A stretch of DNA of 61,572 nt, counting the filler, from Bacteriovoracaceae bacterium (GTDB lineage Bacteria > Bdellovibrionota > Bacteriovoracia > Bacteriovoracales > Bacteriovoracaceae), in NCBI GenBank assembly GCA_018649885.1. It is 5 parts of 5 records of this genome, joined end to end, with 100 filler letters (N's around TTAATTAATTAA, not from the genome) between each part and the next. Parts side by side here need not be neighbours in the genome. Positions count along the whole stretch, not along the records: positions 1 to 23,721 come from JABIHA010000037.1; positions 23,822 to 28,861 come from JABIHA010000146.1; positions 28,962 to 50,302 come from JABIHA010000024.1; 2 more parts are not named here. One strand, given 5' to 3'. The notes beneath the pieces were generated by a model, which worked only from the letters and a program-made list of their open reading frames with translations, searched no databases and was not told the DNA's origin. Every line of letters starts with the position of its first letter. The stretch's first letter is position 1. Shown in pieces: positions 20,020 to 30,306 of this stretch. Position numbers and translations under genes: made by a program.

Positions 20020-21666
20020 ATGATATTAAAGACCTTAAAAGATTTTGAAAAATTCTTCGGCAGTTTAAAATTTGCTGTAGTCATGATTTCAGTTTTCACT
20101 GTTGTCTTGATCATTGGCACCTTTGTCGAATCCTACTACGGCGCCGAGTTTGCTGGAAAATTTGTCTATAAATCACTGCCTTTTATGTTTTTGCAGCTCT
20201 GCCTCTTTCTCAGCATTTTTTGCGCTACTCTTTTGCGACTTCCCCCCAAGAAAAGACTCTACGGTTTTTATATGCTCCACTCAGGGCTTTTGATTTTATT
20301 TTTGGGTTCATTTATCACTTTTTATTCGGGAATAGACGGCTCCATGACTTTGGTCCCCAGCACTCCCACAAGAAATATATCCCTGCCTGAAGACGTTTTA
20401 ACCGTTAGCTTTGGCATGAAAAGACACGTTTCTCTTAAACTTCCAAATACAGCTTTAAAAACTAATTTGAACCACAATGTTGAAGGCATAGAGCTTGGAG
20501 AATATCTTCCCTTTGCCGGGCACGAAGTGGTTTGGAAAGATTCAAAATCTCCCATTAAGTATAGCTCGGGTGAATACCAGATTTTTAATAATCAAGTTTC
20601 TCAAGAATTCACCATGTCTCTACACCCAAAGGCAACTGACTTTGAATCATCCACTCAAATGGGACCACTTTCAGTTCACTTTCTCCCCAGCACACTGCTG
20701 AGATGTTTCGGACTTAATTCCAAAAGCGGTGTTATTATTTGGGATGCAAAAAGAGGCGCCTGCACTACTCCGGAAGAAAAAGGTCTAGAAATGCAGGCCA
20801 CAAAATCCAAAAACCGCTACTTCGCATTTAAAGAAGAAGGGAAGATCTATACTTTTTTCCCCGATATGACTCCCTGGCCTTTGGATGAAAAATTCACCAT
20901 TATTTCTAAATCCCAATACCGCGTTTTTGGACTGGGTTTATTCAGAGACTCTCCCCACCTATTTTTATTTGGTAAAAGCTTGGCCTATTACAGTGATGAG
21001 AAATGGGTCATTCAAGATTTCAAAAAGTCTGGGGACTCCATAGAACTCCCTTGGATGGGCTTTAATTTAGTTTTAAAAACTCATCACGATGAAAAATACC
21101 CATACAAAAATCCCGTATACCAACTCCCACTACAAAATGGAGGCAAAGCGATTCAAGGTACTGAGCGCGCACTCTCCATCAAGGTAATGGGACAGACCTA
21201 TTGGGTGAAAGATAGAGCGCCTGTCACAATTCCATTTAACGGTGAGCAAGTGGTGATAAGGCTTCACAAGAAATCAATTAGAACACCTTTTGAAATCAAC
21301 CTCACTAGATTTAAAATGGATACAAATCCAGGAACTATGACTCCTGCCAGTTTTGAATCCTTTGTTGATCTATTTGATGGAACTTCCTCAAAAGCTCACC
21401 ATTTATTTATGAATAACCCACTCGATTACAGAAATTTTACGTTTTATCAGGCTTCCTATTTTCAGCTTGGGCAAGGTCAGGGTTATGGCTCAGTGCTCAG
21501 CGTAAATTATGACCCCGGAAGACCTTGGAAATATCTTGGATCCCTACTCTTAGTACTCGGATCTACCTGGCACTTTTACTTACAGAAGAAGAAAAAAAAG
21601 GGACCTAAAAACAAAGCTAAGGCCCAAAGAGCTTCTGTTACCAAAGAAGGTATTACTCATGCTTAA
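20020..21666 (+). CDS. resB: Cytochrome c biogenesis System II protein ResB/Ccs1
   Basis: SLKFAV...GTFVES, conserved His in LHSGLL, MNNPLDY..FTFYQAS, DPG and C-terminal TM helix. Confidence 0.85.
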   Translation: MILKTLKDFEKFFGSLKFAVVMISVFTVVLIIGTFVESYYGAEFAGKFVYKSLPFMFLQLCLFLSIFCATLLRLPPKKRLYGFYMLHSGLLILFLGSFITFYSGIDGSMTLVPSTPTRNISLPEDVLTVSFGMKRHVSLKLPNTALKTNLNHNVEGIELGEYLPFAGHEVVWKDSKSPIKYSSGEYQIFNNQVSQEFTMSLHPKATDFESSTQMGPLSVHFLPSTLLRCFGLNSKSGVIIWDAKRGACTTPEEKGLEMQATKSKNRYFAFKEEGKIYTFFPDMTPWPLDEKFTIISKSQYRVFGLGLFRDSPHLFLFGKSLAYYSDEKWVIQDFKKSGDSIELPWMGFNLVLKTHHDEKYPYKNPVYQLPLQNGGKAIQGTERALSIKVMGQTYWVKDRAPVTIPFNGEQVVIRLHKKSIRTPFEINLTRFKMDTNPGTMTPASFESFVDLFDGTSSKAHHLFMNNPLDYRNFTFYQASYFQLGQGQGYGSVLSVNYDPGRPWKYLGSLLLVLGSTWHFYLQKKKKKGPKNKAKAQRASVTKEGITHA

Positions 21667-23176
21667 TTTGAAAAAAATAATCGCCGCAATTTTATTAATT
21701 TTGGCGACTCCTCTCTATGCTAACCCCTGTGGAAATTGGTTAGAATCTCTTCCTATCTTAGGCGGAGGTAGAATCAAGCCCTTGGCAGTTCATGCCGGAG
21801 AGACGTTGAAATTTTTAACCAATAAAAGAAAGCCTCAAGGTGAGGATTCAGTTACTACCTATTGTAATCTTGCCACCGCTTACATGAATCACAAAAATAT
21901 CCCTAAGCTTACAACTCCTGTACAACACGAAAAAATCAGAGAAATAATGGAGCTCAAAAAAGGGCAAAGCAGCATTGATTTAATGAAGCTAGCAGACTAC
22001 AGCACGGCCATTCGTTCAAAATATTTTGGTGAAAAACTAGACTCTCCCTATAAAAAAGCTCTTTCAAAGCAATTAACTCGAATCCAAATCACCAAATCCA
22101 TTATTAACGGCGAGGACTGGAAAATTCCCAGTGATAAATCCACTACTGGTTTTCGATCGATTAAAGATATTTTTGCAGATGAAAGTGACTTCGTGGCCTC
22201 TGGACGTACGCAGTTAGAGGATGCCAAAAATGCCTATATCGCAAAAAATGGTGACAAATATCTAGTGGAGCTGACTTATTCAAAGCTTCATATCTTTTCT
22301 TGGGCGATGTTACTGGTCCTTGCGGGAATTTTTGCTCTGACATTATTTAAAAGTCAGACTCCAGGGCTTGTGATCTCGTTGCTTGTTATTATCGTTCAGG
22401 TTATTGGGATCAGTATAAGAGTTTATATCTCGGGAAGAGCACCAATTACCAATATGTACGAAACTGTGATGTTCTCAGGTTTCGGGGCTCTCGTTATCGG
22501 CACCATCATAGCAATGGTGAAAAAAGAAAAAATCTTTATAGTTTGTGGTCTGGCCTACAATATGCTCTGCCTGATGATGATGATGTTTGCCAATAGTATG
22601 CTCTCACCTAGTATTAAGCCTCTTGTCCCTGTACTTAGAAGTAACTTTTGGCTTTCAACTCATGTCACTACCATTATGCTCTCATATGCCGCTTTGGCCC
22701 TCAGCTGGATTTTGGCCAATATTGTTCTTGTCAAAAAGAGATTCAAAACAGTTGAAGACAAAGAGCTTAGATACGAAGTAACTCTCATTCACACTTGTAT
22801 AAAAGTGGGAGTTGTACTTTTAGCAGCTGGTATTATTTTAGGTGGTATATGGGCCGACTATTCCTGGGGAAGATTCTGGGGATGGGACCCAAAAGAGACC
22901 TGGTCTCTCATTGTACTTTTAATTTATATGGCAATTCTTCATGGCAAGCAAACAAATTGGATACCGCCAAAAAGATTTACCGCTATGGTTGCAGGGGCCT
23001 TTATGTCTGTGATGATGGCCTGGTTTGGAGTCAATTATATACTGGCATCAGGTCTTCATTCTTATGGATTTAGTGAAGGCGGGGCCATTTTCCTAGCGAC
23101 TTTCTTTATTATCCAAATAGCCGTTATTGTCTTGGCCTCATTTGGCGGCAAGAAAAAAGCACTCCCCAGTACATAA
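21659..23176 (+). CDS. ccsA: Cytochrome c biogenesis System II heme-handling protein CcsA/ResC
   Basis: GRAPITNMYE, WLSTHV, WADYSWGRFWGWDPKETW (WWD motif), GLHSYG. Confidence 0.93.
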   Translation: MLNLKKIIAAILLILATPLYANPCGNWLESLPILGGGRIKPLAVHAGETLKFLTNKRKPQGEDSVTTYCNLATAYMNHKNIPKLTTPVQHEKIREIMELKKGQSSIDLMKLADYSTAIRSKYFGEKLDSPYKKALSKQLTRIQITKSIINGEDWKIPSDKSTTGFRSIKDIFADESDFVASGRTQLEDAKNAYIAKNGDKYLVELTYSKLHIFSWAMLLVLAGIFALTLFKSQTPGLVISLLVIIVQVIGISIRVYISGRAPITNMYETVMFSGFGALVIGTIIAMVKKEKIFIVCGLAYNMLCLMMMMFANSMLSPSIKPLVPVLRSNFWLSTHVTTIMLSYAALALSWILANIVLVKKRFKTVEDKELRYEVTLIHTCIKVGVVLLAAGIILGGIWADYSWGRFWGWDPKETWSLIVLLIYMAILHGKQTNWIPPKRFTAMVAGAFMSVMMAWFGVNYILASGLHSYGFSEGGAIFLATFFIIQIAVIVLASFGGKKKALPST

Positions 23177-23207
23177 GCATTCTATATTACTAAAATAGCT
23201 TAACATT

Positions 23208-23232
23208 GCCCGAGCAGATAGCTCGGGCTTCT
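23208..23232 (+). terminator. Hairpin terminator after ccsA
   Basis: GCCCGAGC-AGATA-GCTCGGGC followed by TTCT. Confidence 0.6.
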
Positions 23233-23306
23233 CACGTTACTCTTGCATTCACTGGTTTTCCCATTAAAATAATCTTATCTTTTTTCCCAATGGTTAAGGA
23301 GAACCT

Positions 23307-23477
23307 ATGAGCCGAAATAAAAAATCCCCACTTACTGAAAAACAAAAAAAAGTCGTCTGTATTGAGACTTACAAGATGCAAATTGCTGAGCTAAAAGCAA
23401 AGGCCGAAACTGCCTATGCTCCCAAGCTTGGAAGACAAATTAAGTCTATCGAAAGAAAAATAAAAAGAATTGCTTAA
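23307..23477 (+). CDS. Small basic 56-aa protein (not in ORF track)
   Basis: AAGGAG RBS, ATG, MSRNKKSPLTEKQKKVVCIETYKMQIAELKAKAETAYAPKLGRQIKSIERKIKRIA, own terminator. Confidence 0.7.
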   Translation: MSRNKKSPLTEKQKKVVCIETYKMQIAELKAKAETAYAPKLGRQIKSIERKIKRIA

Positions 23478-23480
23478 TTA

Positions 23481-23512
23481 AAAGGCTCGGCAGTTAGCTG
23501 GGCCTTTTTTTT
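23481..23512 (+). terminator. Rho-independent terminator
   Basis: AAAGGCTCGGC-AGTTA-GCTGGGCCTTTTTTTT. Confidence 0.8.
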
Positions 23513-23721
23513 CATACTTTCCCTTTGCCTTATTATTGGGTGTTGGTGATTGCCCTTGCCCTCCCAAGAAATACTTCTAATTGAACTTTCCGAGACATAC
23601 TTTACTATTTATTAGCGACACATACTTTACACTATGTGTTTTTCTTAACTACTCGGAAGTTAAAGGGGCTTTCTCCCGATGTGAATTTATATTCTATATC
23701 GTCAATAAATCCTAATTCATA

Positions 23722-23821
23722 NNNNNNNNNNNNNNNNNNNNNNNNNNNNNNNNNNNNNNNNNNNNTTAATTAATTAANNNNNNNNNNNNNNNNNNNNNNN
23801 NNNNNNNNNNNNNNNNNNNNN
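23722..23821. other. Artificial contig linker
   Basis: N run with central TTAATTAATTAA, 100 nt. Confidence 0.98.
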
Positions 23822-25693
23822 GAGCTTGGACTTAAATCAACCATAGAGTGTTCAAGATCCCATGCCACGAAGATGCTTTCCAGACTTTGCTCCTTTGAAG
23901 GAGTCGAGCCTCGCTTTGCAGGCGGTCATTTTTTTAATGAATTTGTTTTAAAATTGCCTATGAAGGCCTGCGATTTTATTTCCAGAGCAGCTGACTGTGG
24001 AGTGCACGCTGGCGTTAATGCTGCTAAAGGGCTTAGATCAGACGAGGATAATTTAATTCAACTTTTCTTTTCAGATCTCCACAGTGCCGATGACCTTGAT
24101 GCGCTTGAAAAGGTTTTCAACTCTCTATTTAAGAAGATTGATAAAAAGGTGTCGGCCACCGACATCCCTGCTGAACTTTTAAGATCAGGCCCTGCTGGGC
24201 TAAAAGATTTTAGCAGAGATAAAATCAAACACTATTACACTCAAATGAGTGAGCAAAATATTAGCCCCGATCAAGGTATATACCCACTTGGCTCTTGTAC
24301 CATGAAGTATAACCCCCACATCAATGATTGGGCCGCTTCACTAAAAGGTTTTACTGATATTCATCCTGAGGCTCCGCTTGAAGACTGCCAAGGTGCTCTC
24401 GAGATTATCTATCACACTCAAAATCAATTTTGCCAAATTACAGGTCTTCCCGCTCTTACAACTCAGCCCATGGCCGGTGCTCAAGGGGAGCTCGTGGGTC
24501 TTAAAATGATTCAGGCCTACCACCATGATAATGGAGAAGGTGAGAAAAGGAATATCGTTTTAATTCCAAGATCTGCCCATGGCACCAATCCGGCAACTGC
24601 TACTATGGCGGGATTTGAAACAAAGAAAGTGGGCGATCAAGTCTACGGGATAGTCACAATTGAGGCCTGCGAACAAGGCCTTATGGATTTTTCCCAACTA
24701 GAGGAGACAGTAAAAAAACATGGTCCTCACATTGCGGGCATCATGGTGACCAATCCCAATACGGCTGGAATCTTTGAAAGTCAATTTAAGCAAATGGGCC
24801 AGCTCATTCACGATGCTGGTGGACTCGTCTACATGGACGGGGCCAATATGAATGCTATTGCTGGATGGGTAGATCTCGGTAAGTTGGGAGTCGATGCTGT
24901 TCACAACAATCAACACAAAACTTGGACTATACCCCATGGTGGTGGAGGTCCAGGGGACGCCATTGTGGCCGTCTCTGAAAAGCTAATAGACTACCTACCA
25001 GGGCACCAAGTTGTAAAAGACGAAAGTGGTGTTTACTCTATTGTTAAACCCAAAAAATCTATTGGCAGTGTCCACAGACACTTCGGAAATTTTGCTCACA
25101 AAGTGAGGGCCTATAGTTATGTCAAAAGACTTGGCCGAGAAGGCATCAAGAAAATGTCGGCCATAGCAGTTTTATCTGCAAGATACCTCTTTGAAAAATT
25201 AAAATCCTCATACCCAACGCTACCTGTGGGAGCGGATGATACTAAGAGGATGCACGAATTTATTCTGACACTTACTGATGAAGAATTTAAGAAATTAGAA
25301 AATGCAGGAGTAAAAAAGAGTGAGGCAATCGCCAAACTTGGAAAACTCTTTTTAGACTTTGGCCTTCACGCACCAACTGTGGCCTTCCCAGAAGTTTTTG
25401 GCATTATGATAGAGCCCACAGAATCTTTTACACTCTCAGAAATTGATAGGTTTTGTGAGGTGGTGGTTGCTATCAAAAAATTAGTAGATCAAAACCCAGA
25501 GGTCTGCCTAACCACTCCACACTTCACTCCAGTTAGAAAAGTCGACGAGGTGTGGGCCAATAAAAATCTGTGCTTTTCAGAGGATATTGACCAACTGGTG
25601 GAGCTTAAGCTTGGAAGCTATTCCCCTAGTGAGCTCTCTCGAATGCCAATTGGGGCAATAGTAGAAAAAATTATTAGCGTGCATGGCGCTTAA
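23822..25693 (+). CDS. gcvP: Glycine dehydrogenase (glycine cleavage P protein), 5'-partial; P1 C-terminus fused to a GcvPB-like subunit
   Basis: FFNEFV (P1 end), YPLGSCTMKYNP, SAHGTNPA, DGANMNA, HKTWTIPHGGGGPG, MIEPTES; frame open from contig edge. Confidence 0.93.
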   Translation, partial: ELGLKSTIECSRSHATKMLSRLCSFEGVEPRFAGGHFFNEFVLKLPMKACDFISRAADCGVHAGVNAAKGLRSDEDNLIQLFFSDLHSADDLDALEKVFNSLFKKIDKKVSATDIPAELLRSGPAGLKDFSRDKIKHYYTQMSEQNISPDQGIYPLGSCTMKYNPHINDWAASLKGFTDIHPEAPLEDCQGALEIIYHTQNQFCQITGLPALTTQPMAGAQGELVGLKMIQAYHHDNGEGEKRNIVLIPRSAHGTNPATATMAGFETKKVGDQVYGIVTIEACEQGLMDFSQLEETVKKHGPHIAGIMVTNPNTAGIFESQFKQMGQLIHDAGGLVYMDGANMNAIAGWVDLGKLGVDAVHNNQHKTWTIPHGGGGPGDAIVAVSEKLIDYLPGHQVVKDESGVYSIVKPKKSIGSVHRHFGNFAHKVRAYSYVKRLGREGIKKMSAIAVLSARYLFEKLKSSYPTLPVGADDTKRMHEFILTLTDEEFKKLENAGVKKSEAIAKLGKLFLDFGLHAPTVAFPEVFGIMIEPTESFTLSEIDRFCEVVVAIKKLVDQNPEVCLTTPHFTPVRKVDEVWANKNLCFSEDIDQLVELKLGSYSPSELSRMPIGAIVEKIISVHGA

Positions 25694-25880
25694 ATGATCT
25701 ATAAAGACCCTTTATCATACTCACTATGCATGAAATAATTACTATCCTATGTCATAGTTACATGCGCTTCGCATTAACAATGAGTTAATTTCAGTTAAAT
25801 TGTGCCTTCAAGTATTAAAAAATCATTAATCAAATGATATTAATGAATATGTGAATACATGTGATATGAAAATTCGTTAG

Positions 25881-26771
25881 TTGACATCCTTAATTGAGGC
25901 GATGCTCTTGAGTGAAATAGATTTTAAAAAAAATATTATAAATACAATCAAATACGCAAGGATTTCTAATAGTCTCACTCAAACTGATCTAAGCAATGTA
26001 ATCGGATGTTCAAGATTTAAAATAGCTAGAATAGAAAGCGGAAAATCTTCTATATCAGTAGAACAACTCGATACGTTTATGAACTTTTTTCATTTGAGCT
26101 ATGATAATTTAAAATTAGGAATCGTAGATTCTAAGGTATCGAACGATTTTGAAAACTTTGAAATTAATAAATTACATCAAAGAGATGCCTATACAAAAGG
26201 GCGCTCTCTATATCTATACCGTCAACATTTTATTAGCTTATTTGGAGAAGATGAGTTTCACCAAGTGTGCAAGGATGAAAAAGTAGATCCACTCTACTTT
26301 GTTAATATCAACAACCCTCTAAATATTAATTTTAATTTAAGAATTATTCAGAAAATGAGAATAGAAGGGCACCTTAACCGAGAGGAGCAATACAGCCTTC
26401 TTTCCAAATTATCCATGAAACTTCCTGCTCACCACTTTAAATTTTTCGAAGAATACAGACAGTTGGATGGCATTGAGAAAGTTACCAAACTTATAGAAAA
26501 TATGCCTTTTTATGAAGATGACCATAAATTTGAAATACTTAAAAATGATTCTAAAAATGAGTCTATCAGCTACTCCTTCCATCCAAGAGAGCATGTGGAT
26601 AAAAGTCTATATTTTGAAGACCCATTTATAAGGGGGTACTACTGCCAGTTTAACCCAAATTATTTCTCAAATTTTTCTGGAATAAACACAACGGTACAAA
26701 AACATAGTTGCATTTTTAATGGTAATGAGTGTTGCTCATTTACCATTAAAAAGGAGCGGTATGGAGCATAG
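25881..26771 (+). CDS. XRE-family HTH regulator with a C-terminal V4R/H-NOX-like putative ligand-binding domain
   Basis: ARISNSLTQTDLSNVIGCSRFKIARIESG HTH; C-terminal HSCIFNGNECCSF resembles the V4R C-x3-G-x2/3-C end; start may be 25902 or 25908. Confidence 0.7.
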   Translation: MTSLIEAMLLSEIDFKKNIINTIKYARISNSLTQTDLSNVIGCSRFKIARIESGKSSISVEQLDTFMNFFHLSYDNLKLGIVDSKVSNDFENFEINKLHQRDAYTKGRSLYLYRQHFISLFGEDEFHQVCKDEKVDPLYFVNINNPLNINFNLRIIQKMRIEGHLNREEQYSLLSKLSMKLPAHHFKFFEEYRQLDGIEKVTKLIENMPFYEDDHKFEILKNDSKNESISYSFHPREHVDKSLYFEDPFIRGYYCQFNPNYFSNFSGINTTVQKHSCIFNGNECCSFTIKKERYGA

Positions 26772-27663
26772 CTTAGTTTTCCAGGAAAAATTTGAGCAAC
26801 TGCTAAGCTTCCTTGATGTGAAAGGAAATGAGCTGTGTGATTTTTTAAAAGAGCCTACAAATTTAATAGAACATTATGAAAATAGACTTCATCAGCTTCC
26901 TGCAGAGAAAGCATTTTCACTTAGTGAAAAGCTTAATTTAGATTATGAAAGCTTTGTAAAAGGAAAATATGATCCACTTGCAGCATCAGAGCATTTGAAA
27001 GGAAATCATTTATATTTACCTAGCCGCTACAATCAGTACCGCTCTAGCAAGATGATGACGATGTCAAACATCTTAGATACAAGCACATTTTTTTTCGACC
27101 AAAACGTCACAAGTGAAATATCTAGGAAGCTTCAACTATCAAATGAATTAATTGAATCTCCAAATCATCAGGTTTCAGGACTTCTTTTGCTTGATTTATT
27201 TAAGGAATTAAAAAGGCGAGGAATATCGGATAATTATTTTTATCTAATTGGCCATAGAGCTGCTTTAAAATACAAATCCTCTGTAAACAAAGAATACCAA
27301 ATTAAAGGTTTGTCACCAAAATATACATATGAAAAAATTATTTTAAACTTGGTGAATTTTCTTGAAAAAAACCTTCAATATACCATTGTGAAAAGCACAA
27401 ATAAAAAGACTATTTTAAAAGCTTCAACGAGAGAAGAAACAAAAGATAAATTGAAGGTAATCCACTTTGGTATACCGGCCCATTGTCAAAATATTATGGG
27501 ATGGTATGGAGCCTTCCTAAACTATAGTCACGATACATTTGCCAAAGTGACTAAGCTATCTTGCGTCCATTCTGGTGCAAAAGATTGTCTATATGAAATA
27601 GATTATTCTCATGCCCCGCAATCACTATTCTCTCATCCCAATCACTGCGAAACTCTTCAATAA
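26761..27663 (+). CDS. Paralogous degenerate XRE-HTH plus V4R-like domain protein
   Basis: AAGGAG RBS at 26761 overlapping the upstream stop; LIEHYEN...LSEKLNL HTH-like; LSCVHSGAKDCLYEI C-terminus. Confidence 0.65.
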   Translation: MEHSLVFQEKFEQLLSFLDVKGNELCDFLKEPTNLIEHYENRLHQLPAEKAFSLSEKLNLDYESFVKGKYDPLAASEHLKGNHLYLPSRYNQYRSSKMMTMSNILDTSTFFFDQNVTSEISRKLQLSNELIESPNHQVSGLLLLDLFKELKRRGISDNYFYLIGHRAALKYKSSVNKEYQIKGLSPKYTYEKIILNLVNFLEKNLQYTIVKSTNKKTILKASTREETKDKLKVIHFGIPAHCQNIMGWYGAFLNYSHDTFAKVTKLSCVHSGAKDCLYEIDYSHAPQSLFSHPNHCETLQ

Positions 27664-28312
27664 GCTGATGTGCCTCTTCACTTAAGTTATTTAAAACGAG
27701 TATTAAAAACTCATCTCCAATATATTGTGGAAAAGGTATCTGGGGAAGAATTTCACTTTTTAACTTCAAGGCCTCATAACCAATCTTTTTTAAAACTTTA
27801 TCTGATTGGACTCTCATTCTTGCAATACACATGGAACTTTTTATGCCAAAGTCGGTATGGAATCTCGATAGCATGCACTCAAACATTTTAAGACATTGTA
27901 TTCTTTTTGCATTATCTCCAACATTGGGGTCGATGGCAAGTGAAGCAGTATAACCAACCCCACCATTATAACTTCGATTGTACTCAAAAAAATTATTAAC
28001 AGCTTTTATATGCCTTTTATTCTTAGTTCTCTTTACTACTTCACTCCCATTAAAAGGTATTTTCCAATGGTTGCACCTTTCTTCTGTAAGTCCTTTAAAG
28101 CTAATTAATGGATTTAACTCTCCATCGACTACTTCTCCAACAATAAAATGAGTTGCAAATAAATCACTTGTATCGACAGGGATATACTTAGATTCTATTG
28201 TTTCATAACCCTTTAGTTTTAAATTCATAAGTTTGCTATATAACGACCTTACTTCAGGCAAATGCAAATTTGCGGCAGGACAATCGAGAACTATCATTTT
28301 TAAATTAGACAT
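27551..28312 (-). CDS. Putative GNAT-fold acyl synthase (LuxI/FeeM-like)
   Basis: LKLKGY...PVDTSDLFATHFIV...YTASLAIDP...LKKIGY follows the spacing of LuxI/FeeM motifs (R..VF, E.D.yD, SRF.V); start at MSNLK after GGAG. Confidence 0.5.
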   Translation of the reverse strand: MSNLKMIVLDCPAANLHLPEVRSLYSKLMNLKLKGYETIESKYIPVDTSDLFATHFIVGEVVDGELNPLISFKGLTEERCNHWKIPFNGSEVVKRTKNKRHIKAVNNFFEYNRSYNGGVGYTASLAIDPNVGDNAKRIQCLKMFECMLSRFHTDFGIKSSMCIARMRVQSDKVLKKIGYEALKLKSEILPQIPFPQYIGDEFLILVLNNLSEEAHQLIEEFRSDWDERIVIAGHENNLFHIDNLLHQNGRKIA

Positions 28313-28328
28313 AACTACTCCATCAGTA

Positions 28329-28721
28329 TTATTTTTTAAAACCCCAAGATATAAATTTGTTGAAGAAAAGTGTGTTAGACAAATCACGACTACTTTCTAA
28401 ATAACGTTTTTCAAAATCATAGTAGGCTTCTTCGCTTCCTAAGATAGAAATAAAGTTATCTTTTGCGATTGATAGCCTCGTTTTATTATTAGCATATTCT
28501 TCTTCCATTTCCTCTTTCGTTTGAAACTTATGAACACTTAGATCCCAGGAGACGTCATCAAACCCTGCCTCACTAATAAATGAAGATAGTTTTCTTCCCA
28601 CATAGAGGTCTAGTGGCAATAGGCTTCTAATTTTTTCTATATAGGAATTCAATTGTTGATCTTTGGACCAAATATTTAAAAATATTCCATCTAAATCGAT
28701 TAGGTAAACAATTCCACCTGG
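28329..28721 (-). pseudogene. C-terminal half of a class I SAM-dependent methyltransferase, interrupted by an IS21-like end
   Basis: PGGIVYLIDLDG and YVGRKLSSFISEAGF motifs; coding frame ends at the TG terminus at 28723. Confidence 0.7.
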
Positions 28722-28722
28722 G

Positions 28723-28861
28723 TGGTTTTTGCAGTTGAAAAGTCATCCACTGTAACGGCCGAATTATCACCCACCCCGTGGTTAAATTAAATTCCTCTTT
28801 TCAATCATTTAGATTCTCTTCTTCTTAATTTTAAAGGAGCAGGGGGCAATGCCCCTAGAAC
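28723..28861 (-). mobile_element. Right end of the same IS21-family-like element type, running into the contig gap
   Basis: TGGTTTTTGCAGTTGAAAAGTCATCCAC plus TGTAACGGCCGAATTATCACCCACC, homologous to the end at 1-139; GGGGCAATGCCCC hairpin inside. Confidence 0.7.
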
Positions 28862-28961
28862 NNNNNNNNNNNNNNNNNNNNNNNNNNNNNNNNNNNNNNN
28901 NNNNNTTAATTAATTAANNNNNNNNNNNNNNNNNNNNNNNNNNNNNNNNNNNNNNNNNNNN
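28862..28961. other. Artificial contig linker
   Basis: N run with central TTAATTAATTAA. Confidence 0.98.
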
Positions 28962-30001
<1,040 letters not shown>

Positions 30002-30201
30002 AAAATCTTATAATAGTTTGATTTTTATCTAACTCTGATTTTTTATTCTAAACATCTCTGATCTTTAAAAGATCAGCTTTGGCAAAACACCCCGATGAAG
30101 AGGTATTCGTCTAGTTACGCCAAACTCAATTTCTTGAGCAGATTTCTTTCTCGTCTTTTTTTTGCAGGCTTAAAAAAGCCGCAAAAATTCTTCTTTATTC
30201 T

Positions 30202-30275
30202 AATGTCAAAGATCTAGTATCGCGTTTTATTTTTTGGCGAGGCTGCATATTATGTATTTGGGGTAACCTCGTCAA
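30202..30275 (-). promoter_or_regulatory. rRNA operon sigma-70 promoter and boxA-like element
   Basis: TTGACG-17 nt-TAATAT (30275-30247); GATCTTTGACATT boxA-like at 30214-30202. Confidence 0.65.
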
Positions 30276-30306
30276 GCTTTTTTAGAGCATAATAATAAAA
30301 AAAAAA

